A stretch of DNA of 63,777 nucleotides, counting the filler, from Reclinomonas americana ATCC 50394 (lineage: Eukaryota), in the NCBI GenBank assembly GCA_048213135.1. It is 15 parts of 15 records of this genome, joined end to end, with 100 filler letters (N's around TTAATTAATTAA, not from the genome) between each part and the next. Parts side by side here need not be neighbours in the genome. Positions count along the whole stretch, not along the records: positions 41,967 to 44,728 come from AFZH01021627.1; positions 44,829 to 46,287 come from AFZH01021628.1; positions 46,388 to 56,431 come from AFZH01021629.1; 12 more parts are not named here. One strand, 5' to 3'. A model generated the notes under the pieces. The model saw only the letters and a program-made list of their open reading frames with translations. It did not search any database and had not been told where the DNA came from. Position 1 is the stretch's first letter. The number at the start of each line of letters is the position of its first letter. Made by a program: the position numbers and the translations under genes. Positions 43,201 to 54,300 of the stretch are shown in pieces.

Positions 43201-44310
43201 TTACCAAGAGAGGTCCACTCGGAGACTAGTACTGCTACCGGTGAAGCACCGATGGACAACAACCTCTGCCTCTTCCACCAGGAAACAGCGCAGCACAATC
43301 TCCGCCAGGCATCGTGGGTCTAACTCCTCCTCTTCCACGTCTTGCTGCATCTCCTGCACGATGCGCACGGCCGTCCGCGCATACTGGAGCTCCTGTTGAG
43401 CAAGCCCGCACGGCGTCGACCACACTCGCATCACGTCTTTATGGCAGCCACTCACAATGTGCTGACTATCTGAAGCAATAGAGACACAATACACAACACC
43501 CATATGCCCCTCCAACCGTCGTACCTCCTCTCCGCTCGCCAGTGACCACACGCGCACTGTCATATCTCGACTTCCGCTGACAACATGTCGGCCGTCGGTG
43601 GAAACAGCGACAGAGCTCACAGATACAGTGTGTCCGGCCAACCGTCGCACTTCCTCGCCACTCACAAGTGACCACACCCGCACCGTCTCGTCATAACTGC
43701 CACTGACAACATGCTGGCCGTCGGGAGTGACAGCAACAGACCGCACCCAGCCAGTGTGTCCCTCCAACCGGCGCACTTCCTCCCCACTCGTCAGCGACCA
43801 CACTCGCACCGTCTTGTCCCAACTCCCGCTCACGACATGCTGACTGTCGGGGGTGACAGCAACAGACCACACGATACCCGAGTGTCCCTCGATCCGTCGC
43901 ACCTCTTCACCGCTCACCATTGACCACACCCGTATAATCTTGTCAGAACTCCCGCTCACGACATGCTGACCGTCGGGAGTGACAGCGACAGAGAAGACCC
44001 TCTTAGAGTGTCCCTCCAGTCGTCGAACTTCCTCTCTCGTCGCCAGAGACCACACTCGCACAGTGTTGTCAGCGCTCCCACTCACGATATGCTGACCATC
44101 GGGAGTGACAGCAACAGCGAGCACCCAGCCAGTGTGCCCTTCGAATCGTTGCAGCTCTTCTCCACTCGCCAGAGACCAGATGCGCACTGTCATGTCGGCT
44201 CCACCACTCACAATGTGCATGCCGTCGGCAATGACGGCGACGGAGTACACACTGTTTGCGTGCCCGCGCAGGCACTTGTAGGGGAGAGAAGGCGGAGGTG
44301 GCGAGGACAT
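43201..44310 (-). CDS. WD40 array copy 5
   Basis: Starts MSSPPPPSLPYKCLRGH; seven repeats and the tail. Confidence 0.9.
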   Translation of the reverse strand: MSSPPPPSLPYKCLRGHANSVYSVAVIADGMHIVSGGADMTVRIWSLASGEELQRFEGHTGWVLAVAVTPDGQHIVSGSADNTVRVWSLATREEVRRLEGHSKRVFSVAVTPDGQHVVSGSSDKIIRVWSMVSGEEVRRIEGHSGIVWSVAVTPDSQHVVSGSWDKTVRVWSLTSGEEVRRLEGHTGWVRSVAVTPDGQHVVSGSYDETVRVWSLVSGEEVRRLAGHTVSVSSVAVSTDGRHVVSGSRDMTVRVWSLASGEEVRRLEGHMGVVYCVSIASDSQHIVSGCHKDVMRVWSTPCGLAQQELQYARTAVRIVQEMQQDVEEEELDPRCLAEIVLRCFLVEEAEVVVHRCFTGSSTSLRVDLSW

Positions 44311-44529
44311 CGAGTGCGTCTGAGTGGACTTTGTCGCGTGTCCTCCGCGGCAGCGAAGGGACATCTCGTGTCGGAAGGTCTCAAGCACGTCACCGATCAA
44401 CGCTGGGCGACACAGCATGACTGTTTACTGCGTGGAGAATAAGATATCAGCCCTGCTTTCGCAAGACAGTGGGAATGCCATGAAAATAGACGCGTACAAT
44501 GGAAACAGATGAGACATTGGCAACAACAA

Positions 44530-44598
<69 letters not shown>

Positions 44599-44889
44599 GA
44601 CGACGACGACGTACGTACGTACGTACGTACGTACGTACGACGTACGACGTACGACGTACGTACGACGTACGTACGTACGACGTCGTACGTACGACGACGA
44701 CGAACGAACCGTACCGTACCGTACCGAANNNNNNNNNNNNNNNNNNNNNNNNNNNNNNNNNNNNNNNNNNNNTTAATTAATTAANNNNNNNNNNNNNNNN
44801 NNNNNNNNNNNNNNNNNNNNNNNNNNNNGAGAGAGAGAGAGGGAAAGCAGGACGCTCTCCCATGCCAGGTGAAGTTCAGTGCGCCATGA

Positions 44890-45985
44890 TCACAGTCGGA
44901 GACTGCTGTCAGTGAAGCACCGATAAACCACGACCTCTGCCTCCTCCACCAGGAAGCAGCGGAGCACAATCTCCACCAGGCAACGTGGATCCTCCCTGTC
45001 GCCATCTCCTTCGCAGTCTTGCTGCATCTCCTGCACGATGCGCATGGCCGTCCGCGCATACTGGAGCTCCTGTTGAGCAAGCCCGCACGGCGTCGACCAC
45101 AAACGCACCGTCGTATCCAAGCCACCACTCACAATGTGCTCACCGTCACGTGTAACGGCGACAGCATACACATCACGAGCGTGTCCCCCCAGCCGTCGCA
45201 CTTCCTCGCCACTCTCAAGTGAACACACCCGGACTGTCTCGTCTATCCCCCCACTCACAAGGTGCAGACCGTCGGGAGCGACCGCGACACACCACACCCA
45301 GCCAGTGTGACCTTTCAACTGCCGAAGCTCCTCGCCACTCGACAGTGACCACACCCGAACCGTGAAGTCCCGACCACCGCTCACAACATGCTGCCCGTCG
45401 GGAGTGACAGCGACTGAACGCACAGCGTCGGTATGACCCGCCAACCGTCGCACCTCTTCACCACTCACCAGAGACCACACTCGCACCGTGGTATCAGCGC
45501 TGCCGCTCACGACATGCTGACCATCGGGAGTGACAGCGATTGAATACACAGTGTTAGTATGTCCCTCCAATCGCCGCACCTCCTCTCCGCTCGCCAGTGA
45601 CCACACCCACACTGTCATGTCCTGGCCTCCGCTCACGATGTGCTGGCCATCAGGAGTGACGACGGCAGAGTAAACCCAAGCAGCATGCCCCTCCAATCGT
45701 CGCTCCTCTTTTCCGCTCGCCAGCGACCACACTCGCACAGTTCTATCAGCGCTCCCGCTCACAACATGCTGACCATCGGGAGTGAGGGCGACAGACATCA
45801 CCCACCCAGTGTGTCCCTCCAATCGCCGCACTTCTGCGCCACTCCACTGACCAGATGCTCACTTCCGTGCCGGCTCCACCACTCACGAAGTGCAGCCCAT
45901 CAGCAGTGAAGGCGACAGAAAACACACTGTCTGTGTGCCCGCGCAGACACTTGCAGGGGAGAGAAGGCGGAGGAGGAGACGACAT
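44890..45985 (-). pseudogene. WD40 array copy 6, 2-bp deletion near 45845 (real or sequencing error)
   Basis: GTGGAGTGGC replaces GTGGAGAGTGGC; otherwise full length. Confidence 0.7.
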
Positions 45986-46241
45986 CGAGTGCGTGCGCGT
46001 GACTTAACTCGTGATTTGTCGCTAGTCCTCCAGGGTGGGGACATTTCTTGCCGGAGACTTGCGTCGTCGCTCGTCAACGCTGGGTGATGCAACATGACAG
46101 AGTTTACTGCACGGAAACGGAAGCAGCGGGATAGATCCCCATTGCGTTCGCAAGAGAGCGGGAATGTCTCGAGAGGGACTTTCGTGAAAACGGACAGACT
46201 GTGAAAGGGAGGCAAACGAGGGAAAGAGGGAGGGAGGGAGG

Positions 46242-46287
<46 letters not shown>

Positions 46288-46397
46288 NNNNNNNNNNNNN
46301 NNNNNNNNNNNNNNNNNNNNNNNNNNNNNNNTTAATTAATTAANNNNNNNNNNNNNNNNNNNNNNNNNNNNNNNNNNNNNNNNNNNNAGAGAGAGAG

Positions 46398-46435
<38 letters not shown>

Positions 46436-46483
46436 GGATGCTCTCCCGTGCCACCATGCAAGGTGAAGCTCACTGCTCCACGA

Positions 46484-47569
46484 TCACAGTCGGAGACTGC
46501 TGTCAGTGAAGCACCGATGAACGACCACCTCCACCTCCTCCACCAGGAAACAGCGAAGCACAATCTCCACCAGGCATCGTGGATCTGACTCCTCCTCCTC
46601 CCCCTGCATCTCCTGCACGACATGCAGTGTCGAGCGCGCACAGTCGAGTTCCTGCCGAGCGAGCCCGCACGGCGTCGACCACACCCGCACAGTCATGTCC
46701 TGGCCACCCGCACTCACAATGTGCTCACCGTCACGTGCAACGGCGACGGATCTCACCGGCCCAGTGTGTCCCTTCAACCGTCGCACCTCCTCTCCACTCA
46801 TCACAGACCACACGCGAACGGTCTTATCGCTACTGCCACTCACAACGTGCCGACTGTCAGGGGAAATAGAGACAGAGTGCACTCTGTCAGTGTGTCCCTC
46901 CAGCCGGCGCAGCTCCACGCCACTCGCCAGCAACCACACTCGCACTGTTCTATCAACGCCCCCACTCACAATCAGCTGGTTGTCCGCAGAGACGGCCACA
47001 GAGAGCACCGAACCAGCGTGACCCTTCAGTCGTCGCACTTCTTCTCCACTCTCAATGGACCACACTCGCACGGACGTGTCGCCACTTCCGCTCACAGCGA
47101 AAGGACTGTCAGGAGCGACGGCAACGCAGAACACCGAGAATACGTGCCCCTCCAACTGTCGCACTTCGCCTGCACTCGCCAGCGACCACACGTACACGTT
47201 CTTATCGCCGCACCCAATTACCATGTGCTGACAATCAGGCGCGACAGCGACTGCAAGGATTGCCATGTTGAAGCGCTGCGATCGTCGCACCTCTTCTCCA
47301 CTCGCCAGCGACCACATACGCACTGTGTGATCATAACACCCGCCCACAATGTGCTGCCCGTCGGGAGTGACGGTGACACAGCACACGTTATCTCTGCGCC
47401 TGCCCACCTGTCGCACCTCTTCCCCACTTGCCAGTGACCAGACGTGGACACCCTCATCGAAACTGCCAGTCACAATGTGTTGCCCGTCGGGAGTGACGAC
47501 GACGGCACGCACAGTGCCGAGCTGTCCACGCAAGGACTTGCAGCGGAGAACGCAGGGAGTGGAGAACAT
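46484..47569 (-). CDS. WD40 array copy 7
   Basis: 361-aa ORF with seven repeats and the tail. Confidence 0.9.
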   Translation of the reverse strand: MFSTPCVLRCKSLRGQLGTVRAVVVTPDGQHIVTGSFDEGVHVWSLASGEEVRQVGRRRDNVCCVTVTPDGQHIVGGCYDHTVRMWSLASGEEVRRSQRFNMAILAVAVAPDCQHMVIGCGDKNVYVWSLASAGEVRQLEGHVFSVFCVAVAPDSPFAVSGSGDTSVRVWSIESGEEVRRLKGHAGSVLSVAVSADNQLIVSGGVDRTVRVWLLASGVELRRLEGHTDRVHSVSISPDSRHVVSGSSDKTVRVWSVMSGEEVRRLKGHTGPVRSVAVARDGEHIVSAGGQDMTVRVWSTPCGLARQELDCARSTLHVVQEMQGEEEESDPRCLVEIVLRCFLVEEVEVVVHRCFTDSSLRL

Positions 47570-47689
47570 GCGTGTGCGCGCAGAGTGTGTCTAATGTGTC
47601 CAGGACTTCAGATATCTGCAAAGGTCGAAGTCTATCGTGGACCCTGGCTGGCTGCAGCTGCACATCGCGCGACCCTTTATTCACAGATC

Positions 47690-48757
47690 TCACAGTCGGA
47701 GACTGTCATCGACAAGGCAATGGTGAACGACCACCTCCGCCTCCTCCACCACAAAGCACCGCAGCACAATCTCCACCAAGCAGCGCACATCATCCTCTTC
47801 CTCCTCCCGCTGCATCTCCTGCACGACATGCAGTGTCGAGCGCGCACAGTCGAGCTCCTGTCGAGCGAGACCACACGGCGTTGACCACACGCGAACAATC
47901 GTATCGTCGCAGCCGCTCACCATGTGCTGCCCGTCGGGAGAAAAGGCGATGCTGCGCGCAAAGTCGGGGTGTTGCGGCAGTCGTCGCACTTCGTGTCCGC
48001 TCGCCAGCGACCACACTCTCACCAGCTGGTCGCCGCTCCCCGTGGCAAAGTGCAGATCATCGGGAGCGACGGCGACACACGACACCCAGTCAGTATGATA
48101 CTCCAAGGATCGCAGGTGCTGGCCACTGGTCAGCGACCACACACCGTGACCGCTGACGACGTGCTGACCGTCGCGAGTGATGGCCACTGCTGAGACTCCA
48201 CCGCAATGTCCTTCCAACAGTCGCACCAGCTCGCCACTCGCCAGCGACCACACGCGCACCGCATCATCGTAGCCTCCACTAACAATGTGGAGGCCATCTG
48301 GCGTGACAGCCACGGTGAACACCGCGCCACTGCGTGCATCCAATCTGCGCACCTGCTCCCCACTCGCCAGCGACCACACGCGCACGGTCTCGTCCCCACT
48401 CCCACTCACCACATGCTGGTCATCGGGTGTCACCGCAACAGTCAGCACTCCCTGCTTGTGCCCCTCCAATTTGCGCACTTGTTCACCACTGACCAGCGAC
48501 CACACGCGCACAGTCGTGTCCAAGCTCCCGCTCACCACGTGTCGACTGTCGTGCGTCACAGCAATGGACCACACAAAGTTGGAGTGACCCTCCAGTCGAC
48601 GCACTTCCTGGCCACTGGCAAGAGACCACACACGTATGGTCTTGTCGAAACTCCCCGTGACGATGTGGTGCCCGTCGCGGGTGAAGGCGATTGACCGGAC
48701 TGTGCCCAGGTGCCCTCGCAGGTGCTTGCACGTGAGTGGGCAGGCAGGTGAGGACAT
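47690..48757 (-). CDS. WD40 array copy 8
   Basis: Starts MSSPACPLTCKHLRGH; blade 5 is shortened. Confidence 0.88.
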   Translation of the reverse strand: MSSPACPLTCKHLRGHLGTVRSIAFTRDGHHIVTGSFDKTIRVWSLASGQEVRRLEGHSNFVWSIAVTHDSRHVVSGSLDTTVRVWSLVSGEQVRKLEGHKQGVLTVAVTPDDQHVVSGSGDETVRVWSLASGEQVRRLDARSGAVFTVAVTPDGLHIVSGGYDDAVRVWSLASGELVRLLEGHCGGVSAVAITRDGQHVVSGHGVWSLTSGQHLRSLEYHTDWVSCVAVAPDDLHFATGSGDQLVRVWSLASGHEVRRLPQHPDFARSIAFSPDGQHMVSGCDDTIVRVWSTPCGLARQELDCARSTLHVVQEMQREEEEDDVRCLVEIVLRCFVVEEAEVVVHHCLVDDSLRL

Positions 48758-48951
48758 GGTAGGCGTGGAGTCGTGAGACGATACGTAAGAAAGAGTTGTC
48801 CTTGAAAGAAGGGACGAGTCTGCACGTCGGAACGTCGGCACTGGGTGTCGTTGCACGACTGTTTACTGAACTCGGAGAGGCCAAGCGATCGTGGAAGGAG
48901 GCACGCACAAACACACTGGGAAAGAATGTAAAGAGAGAGACGACTCTCCGC

Positions 48952-50043
48952 CTACAATGAAAAACCACCATCGGCAAAGCACCTGTGGACAACCACCTCC
49001 GCCTCCTCCACCAGGAAGCAGCGCAGCACAATCTCCACCAGGCGTCTTGGATCGTCCTCATCTCCCCCTTCGCTGTCTTGTTGCATCTCTTGCACGACGC
49101 GCATCGCGGAACGGGCGCAGTCGAGCTCCTGCTGAGCGAGACCGCTCGGCGTGGACCACACTCGCACCGTATCGTCGTCACTCCCACTCACTATGTGATG
49201 ACCATCGGGAGTGGTGGCCACGCATTCCACCGCATAATAGTGACCGTGCAGTCGGCGGACTTCCTTGCCCGTGGCCAGTGACAAAACACGCACCGTCTCG
49301 TCTTCGCCCCCAGTCACCACGTACCGACCATCGGGAGTGACAGAGATCGATTTGACAAAGCCAGCGTGCCCCTCCAACCACCGTACCTCCTCCCCACTCG
49401 CCAGTGACCGCACTCGCACTGTCTCCTCATAACTGCAACTCACTATGTGCTGGCCATCGGGAGTGACAGCAACACAGGATACCCAGTCGGTGTGCCTATC
49501 AAGTCGTCGCACCTCAGCTCCACTCGCCAGGGACCACACGCGCACACTGCCATCCGCGCTCCCACTCACCACGTGCTGACCATCGGGAGAGACAGCGACT
49601 GACGACACCGTCGTGGTGTGTCCCTTCAACTGTCGCTCCTCAGCGCCACTCGCCAGTGACCACACACGCACGGTCTTATCAGCACTTCCACTGACTATGT
49701 GCAGGCCATCGGGAGTGACAGCAACCGAGGTCACACTCAAGTGGTGAGTCGTCGGCCGTCGCACCTCTTTTCCACTTGCCAGTGACCAGACACGCACGGA
49801 GTGGTCCCAGCTCCCACTTACCACGTGCCGACCGTCGGGAGTGACGGCGACACCGTGCACAGCATCCGTGTGTCCCTTCAGCAGTCGCACCTGCTGGCCA
49901 CTTGCCAGTGACCACACCCGGATCCTTCTGTCACCACTCCCGCTGACGATGTGCTGGCCATCGGGAGTGATGGCGACTGCGTACACTGAGTCAGTGTGCC
50001 TGCGCAAGCACTGGCATGGGAGAGAACGAGGAGTTGATGACAT
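48952..50043 (-). CDS. WD40 array copy 9
   Basis: Starts MSSTPRSLPCQCLRRH; seven repeats and the tail. Confidence 0.9.
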   Translation of the reverse strand: MSSTPRSLPCQCLRRHTDSVYAVAITPDGQHIVSGSGDRRIRVWSLASGQQVRLLKGHTDAVHGVAVTPDGRHVVSGSWDHSVRVWSLASGKEVRRPTTHHLSVTSVAVTPDGLHIVSGSADKTVRVWSLASGAEERQLKGHTTTVSSVAVSPDGQHVVSGSADGSVRVWSLASGAEVRRLDRHTDWVSCVAVTPDGQHIVSCSYEETVRVRSLASGEEVRWLEGHAGFVKSISVTPDGRYVVTGGEDETVRVLSLATGKEVRRLHGHYYAVECVATTPDGHHIVSGSDDDTVRVWSTPSGLAQQELDCARSAMRVVQEMQQDSEGGDEDDPRRLVEIVLRCFLVEEAEVVVHRCFADGGFSL

Positions 50044-50184
50044 GGTGAATGCGTGACGAAGTGTGTGAGAAAGTGAGTGTCCTTTGAAGGGGACACTTCT
50101 CTTGATTGCACGTCGGGACGTGTGAGTGATGCCACAACACAGTTTTACTGCAAACCAAGACAACTTCTCGACCTTCGTCTCCCG

Positions 50185-51270
50185 CTACGAAAAGAAACTG
50201 TTGCCACTGGAGAGTCGATAAACAACAACGCTTGCCTCCTCGACGATGAAGCATCGCAGCACGATCTCCGCCAAGCAGCGACGCCCCAGCTCCGTGTCAT
50301 CATCTTGCTGCATCGCCTGCACAGTGCGCATCGCGAACCGGACGTAGTCAAGCTCCTGCTGAGCGAGGCCGCACGGCGTGGACCACACTCGCACCGTCTC
50401 GTCGTTAGCCCCACTCACAATGCGATGACCGTCGGGAGTGATGGCCAAACAATGCACCGTGCCACTGTGACCCTCGAGTCGTCTTACTTCAATGCCAGTC
50501 GCCAGGGACCAGACACACACCGTCTCGTCCTCACCACCAGTCACCACGAACCGACCATCGGGAGCAACAGCGATTGCCAAGACCAATCCGGTGCATCCCT
50601 CCAACTGTCGCACTCCTTCTCCACTCGCCAGCGACCACACTCGCACGGACCTGTCAAAGCTGCCGCTAACAATGTGCTGGCCATCGGGAGTAACAGCAAC
50701 GCACGATATCCAGTTAGTGTGCCCGACCAGCAGTCGCACCTGCTCTCCAGTCGCCAGTGACCACACACGCACAGTGTGGTCCCAGCCCCCACTGACAATG
50801 TGCTGCCCATCGGGAGTGACGGCGACTGGGTCCACACCTGTGCTGTGTCCCTCCAACCGTCGCACTTCTTCTCCACTCGCCAGTGCCCACACTCGCACGG
50901 TCGTGTCCTCGCTCCCACTCACCACATGCCGACCATCGGGCGTGACGGCAACAGAGCGCACCTGACCAGTGTGTCCCTCCATCCGCCGCACCTCCTCACC
51001 ACTCGTCAGAGACCACACTCGCACAGTGGTGTCCCAGCTCCCACTCACAGCATGCTGACCATTGGGGGTGATCGCAACACAGTTCACCCACTTCGCGTGG
51101 CCCTCCAATCGTCTCACTTTGTCGCCACTTGCCAGTGACCACACCTGCAATGTGTTGTCAAAACTCCCGCTCACAGCATGCTGACCGTCGGGAGTGACAG
51201 CGACAGCGAACACTGAGTCAGTGTGACCGCGCAAACACTTGCATAAGACAGAAGAACGAGTCTCTGACAT
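50185..51270 (-). CDS. WD40 array copy 10
   Basis: 361-aa ORF with seven repeats and the tail. Confidence 0.9.
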   Translation of the reverse strand: MSETRSSVLCKCLRGHTDSVFAVAVTPDGQHAVSGSFDNTLQVWSLASGDKVRRLEGHAKWVNCVAITPNGQHAVSGSWDTTVRVWSLTSGEEVRRMEGHTGQVRSVAVTPDGRHVVSGSEDTTVRVWALASGEEVRRLEGHSTGVDPVAVTPDGQHIVSGGWDHTVRVWSLATGEQVRLLVGHTNWISCVAVTPDGQHIVSGSFDRSVRVWSLASGEGVRQLEGCTGLVLAIAVAPDGRFVVTGGEDETVCVWSLATGIEVRRLEGHSGTVHCLAITPDGHRIVSGANDETVRVWSTPCGLAQQELDYVRFAMRTVQAMQQDDDTELGRRCLAEIVLRCFIVEEASVVVYRLSSGNSFFS

Positions 51271-51349
51271 CGATGGTCAATGCCCGCGTGAGTCCTGCTC
51301 CGCAAGGAAGGGACATTGATGGATTGTCTACGTTGCCTTGCCACTTCAC

Positions 51350-54300
51350 TTACAACACATTCTTCAGTTGCTTCGACGCCCTCTCTCGCATGCACACCGC
51401 GTCTGTGGTTCCACCAAACGCCTGCGAATGCAGCATGCTCAGTCGCTTCTGACCCGAATCGTACTTCAGGTAGTGCTGCACGTGCGCAGCCGTCAGCACG
51501 CGCGGTCCGCGTCCGTGCACTCGATACACCTGCGTGCGTGACTGGTGTGTGAGAGAGAGACACACAGCAGCTATAAGTACTCTCCCCGCCACCTTCCTAA
51601 CTCACCCGATCTGTTTCCTGTCGCACCACGTACAGGCCTTTGTAGGCTGGTGCGAGGGCGCTGCGTACCAGCACCAGAAACTGATCTGTGGGTTCCACGG
51701 GTGCACCTGAAGCCGACGCGCCTGCTGTGCCGTCCATTACCGCCATTACCGCCTTTACACACACGCACGTTCAGGCACAGATCAAAAAAGGAAACAGGAG
51801 AGATACGCACCTCCAACTCTGGTTTGTGAATCGGTCCCGGCAGACACAGGTGTCGAATCGCATTGCGCACGAGCTGTGCGTTGGAGCGCGGCTTGAGCGC
51901 AATCACGGGCGGGATGGAAGGAGGAGCTGGAGGTGGAGGTGGTGGCGGCTGAGGTTGTTGCGGTGCCGAGGGCAGGCGAGCGTGCATCAGAGGAGCGGCA
52001 GATCGCGGGGCGGAAACGGCGCGACTGACGGGTGCTGACGGCGGAGGTGGCGGATCGACAGCTGGTGCGCGCGGTGACAGTGGTCGGGGCACTCGCGGTG
52101 GTTCTACCGCTGCCACCTCAGCCACCGGTGCAGGCGCAGCCGTCACCGTTGTCGCTGTTGTCGTGGTCGAGTCGTGCTCCGAGGGCGCCGAGGTCAGCAT
52201 GGATTGCGCACGCCGTTGTCGCCGTTGCTGCTCGAGAGCCGCCATGCGTCGCAAGAAACGCTCACGCTTGTTGTCGACATCGGTCGCGTGGCCCTTGTCG
52301 CCGATCCAATCCACGACAATCAGGCGACCTTTCAGTGCCGACGATGAGGATGACGAAGAGAGCGTGTCGGCACGGCCGACAGATTCGCCTCCTCCTTCCA
52401 CCTCCTCCTCTTGCGCCGCGAACTCGTCCCCTGCATCCTCCCTTCCCGCTGCCGGCGGCGACTCAGATGCAAAGCTCTGGCGCACACGTGCGGTCGGCGA
52501 CGTGACAGGTGACGATTGCGGTCGCGCCAGTGACGCCGGTGTTGAGCGGCGCACTGACGACGGCACAGCTGGACTGGGAGACGCCGACGCCCTTGCAGCT
52601 TCGTGATGACGGTGGCTGGTGAGATCGAGACTGGCCATGCTGGCGGCCACCGACGCCACCAGCGCCGGTGGAGGTCGCCGATGATGTGCCACCTCGCCGA
52701 AAAACTGTACCAGGGCCTGGCGGCGCACACGCTCACGTTCGAGTTGCCACGCTTGTGCGAGCAGAGTGCGTTCCTCCTGTAATCTCTCCCGCTGCGCGAT
52801 GAGCTCCATCCGCAAGAGCGCGTTCTGTCGCTGCAGAGCTCCGACTGCACACCAGGAACTTTAAGCGAAACAACAATAAAGGAAGTCGCATGACAACCCC
52901 TCTCACCATCCACTGATCCCTGCACTGGCGGCGGCAATTCGGCCATAACAATCGGTGCCACCATGTCCTGCACCAGTGCCGCAACGTTGAATGCGTCACT
53001 GCGTGCCGAAACGAGAGTGGCTTCCTGAGCCGAATGCGGTCGACCACTCATTGCGGCGGCAGCGGCTGCCGCAGTGGGCGAGCCGCCAAGCCGAGAAACC
53101 GTCCCACCCGCTGAGGTGGCCGGTCGCTGCATGCGAGACAGTGGCGGGGCGTGACTGCTGTGTTGGCCATATGCCGGAAGTCCATGTGGCGGCGACCCGG
53201 CTCCACCACCACCGCTCACGCCGACGAGTGCCAGACTCGCGCCATCCTCTTCAGCGTCGACGCGTGGTGTCGAGAGGTCGATAGAGATATGAGTCTCGCC
53301 GCGCCCGTGAGCAGCCGCCATTGGCGACGACGCGGAGGCACTCAGCAGTCGCGAAGCGCCAATTGATTCGACACTCATCTGCGTGTCCCACCAGCGACTG
53401 CCGGCCGACTCGGCCGGTTGCATGCTCGGTGTGTGGTGGACAGTCGCAGGAGAGGTGGCGGTGGACGCCGGCTGAAAGAATGGGAAGGAAGGGGGTGAGG
53501 GCGAAGAGAGAAAGAGTGGGGGAAAAGAAGCGAAGAATACCTGCGGAAGAGCGCGGAAGTGGGGCGGTGTGTGATCGTGACTCCCAGTGACCTGCACACA
53601 TGAGGGAAAGAATTTTAGCGGTCAACACGGAGTGCTGACTTGCTGTGGATTGCTAGGACCTTGATGGTCACGGGTTCGCCGCCGACGGTCAGCTGTGGGA
53701 AATAATGGGCCAGGTCAGCACACAGCAGACGCAGACACTTAAATCGCATGGTCACTCACATCACTGTGCGGTGTGAGAGGCGGCGGCTGCAGGGAACAAC
53801 CACAGATGAGCTGCATGGCACAGCGAGCAACTCGCAGGAAGGCTGATCTTACCGACAACACTCCAGGTGACTGAACACTCAGCAGCAACAAGAGCAATCA
53901 GCAACAACATTTCACGCGGCATGTGAGGTGTTTCATGACAATCACCTCGCCGTCCTGAACAAACGATTGACCGACCGGCAGAGCGGAGAATGGCAAGTCG
54001 TGATAGCCGGAGAATGGTGTCTGCTCGTCGCGGAACACGATGAACGGCAAGGCAGAAGAAGCACGATGTAAAGGAGAGACGCATACCAAGCTTCCGGAAG
54101 GCAGTGCTGCCAGTGTGTCCTACACGGGGTAATGAAGAGAGGATTGTGAGCGGATAAAGTATGGCAAGGTGAGGAGAAATGAACGTCGCACCGTGGCCAT
54201 GGACTGCATGGACGACTGTGAACGGGTGGGTGGCAAGTCAGTATCACATCGACAGGTCCTCCCCACCAGGCATGGACGCAACTCTCCACGTGACCGGATA

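Noticed and set aside
44597..44728. TACG/GACG-rich repeat
   Set aside because: It follows a long AG microsatellite at a contig end and mirrors the 454 TACG flow order, so it is a read-degradation artefact.
37828..51270. Diversity-generating retroelement driving WD40 variation
   Set aside because: There is no reverse transcriptase and no evident template/variable repeat pair with adenine-specific differences.
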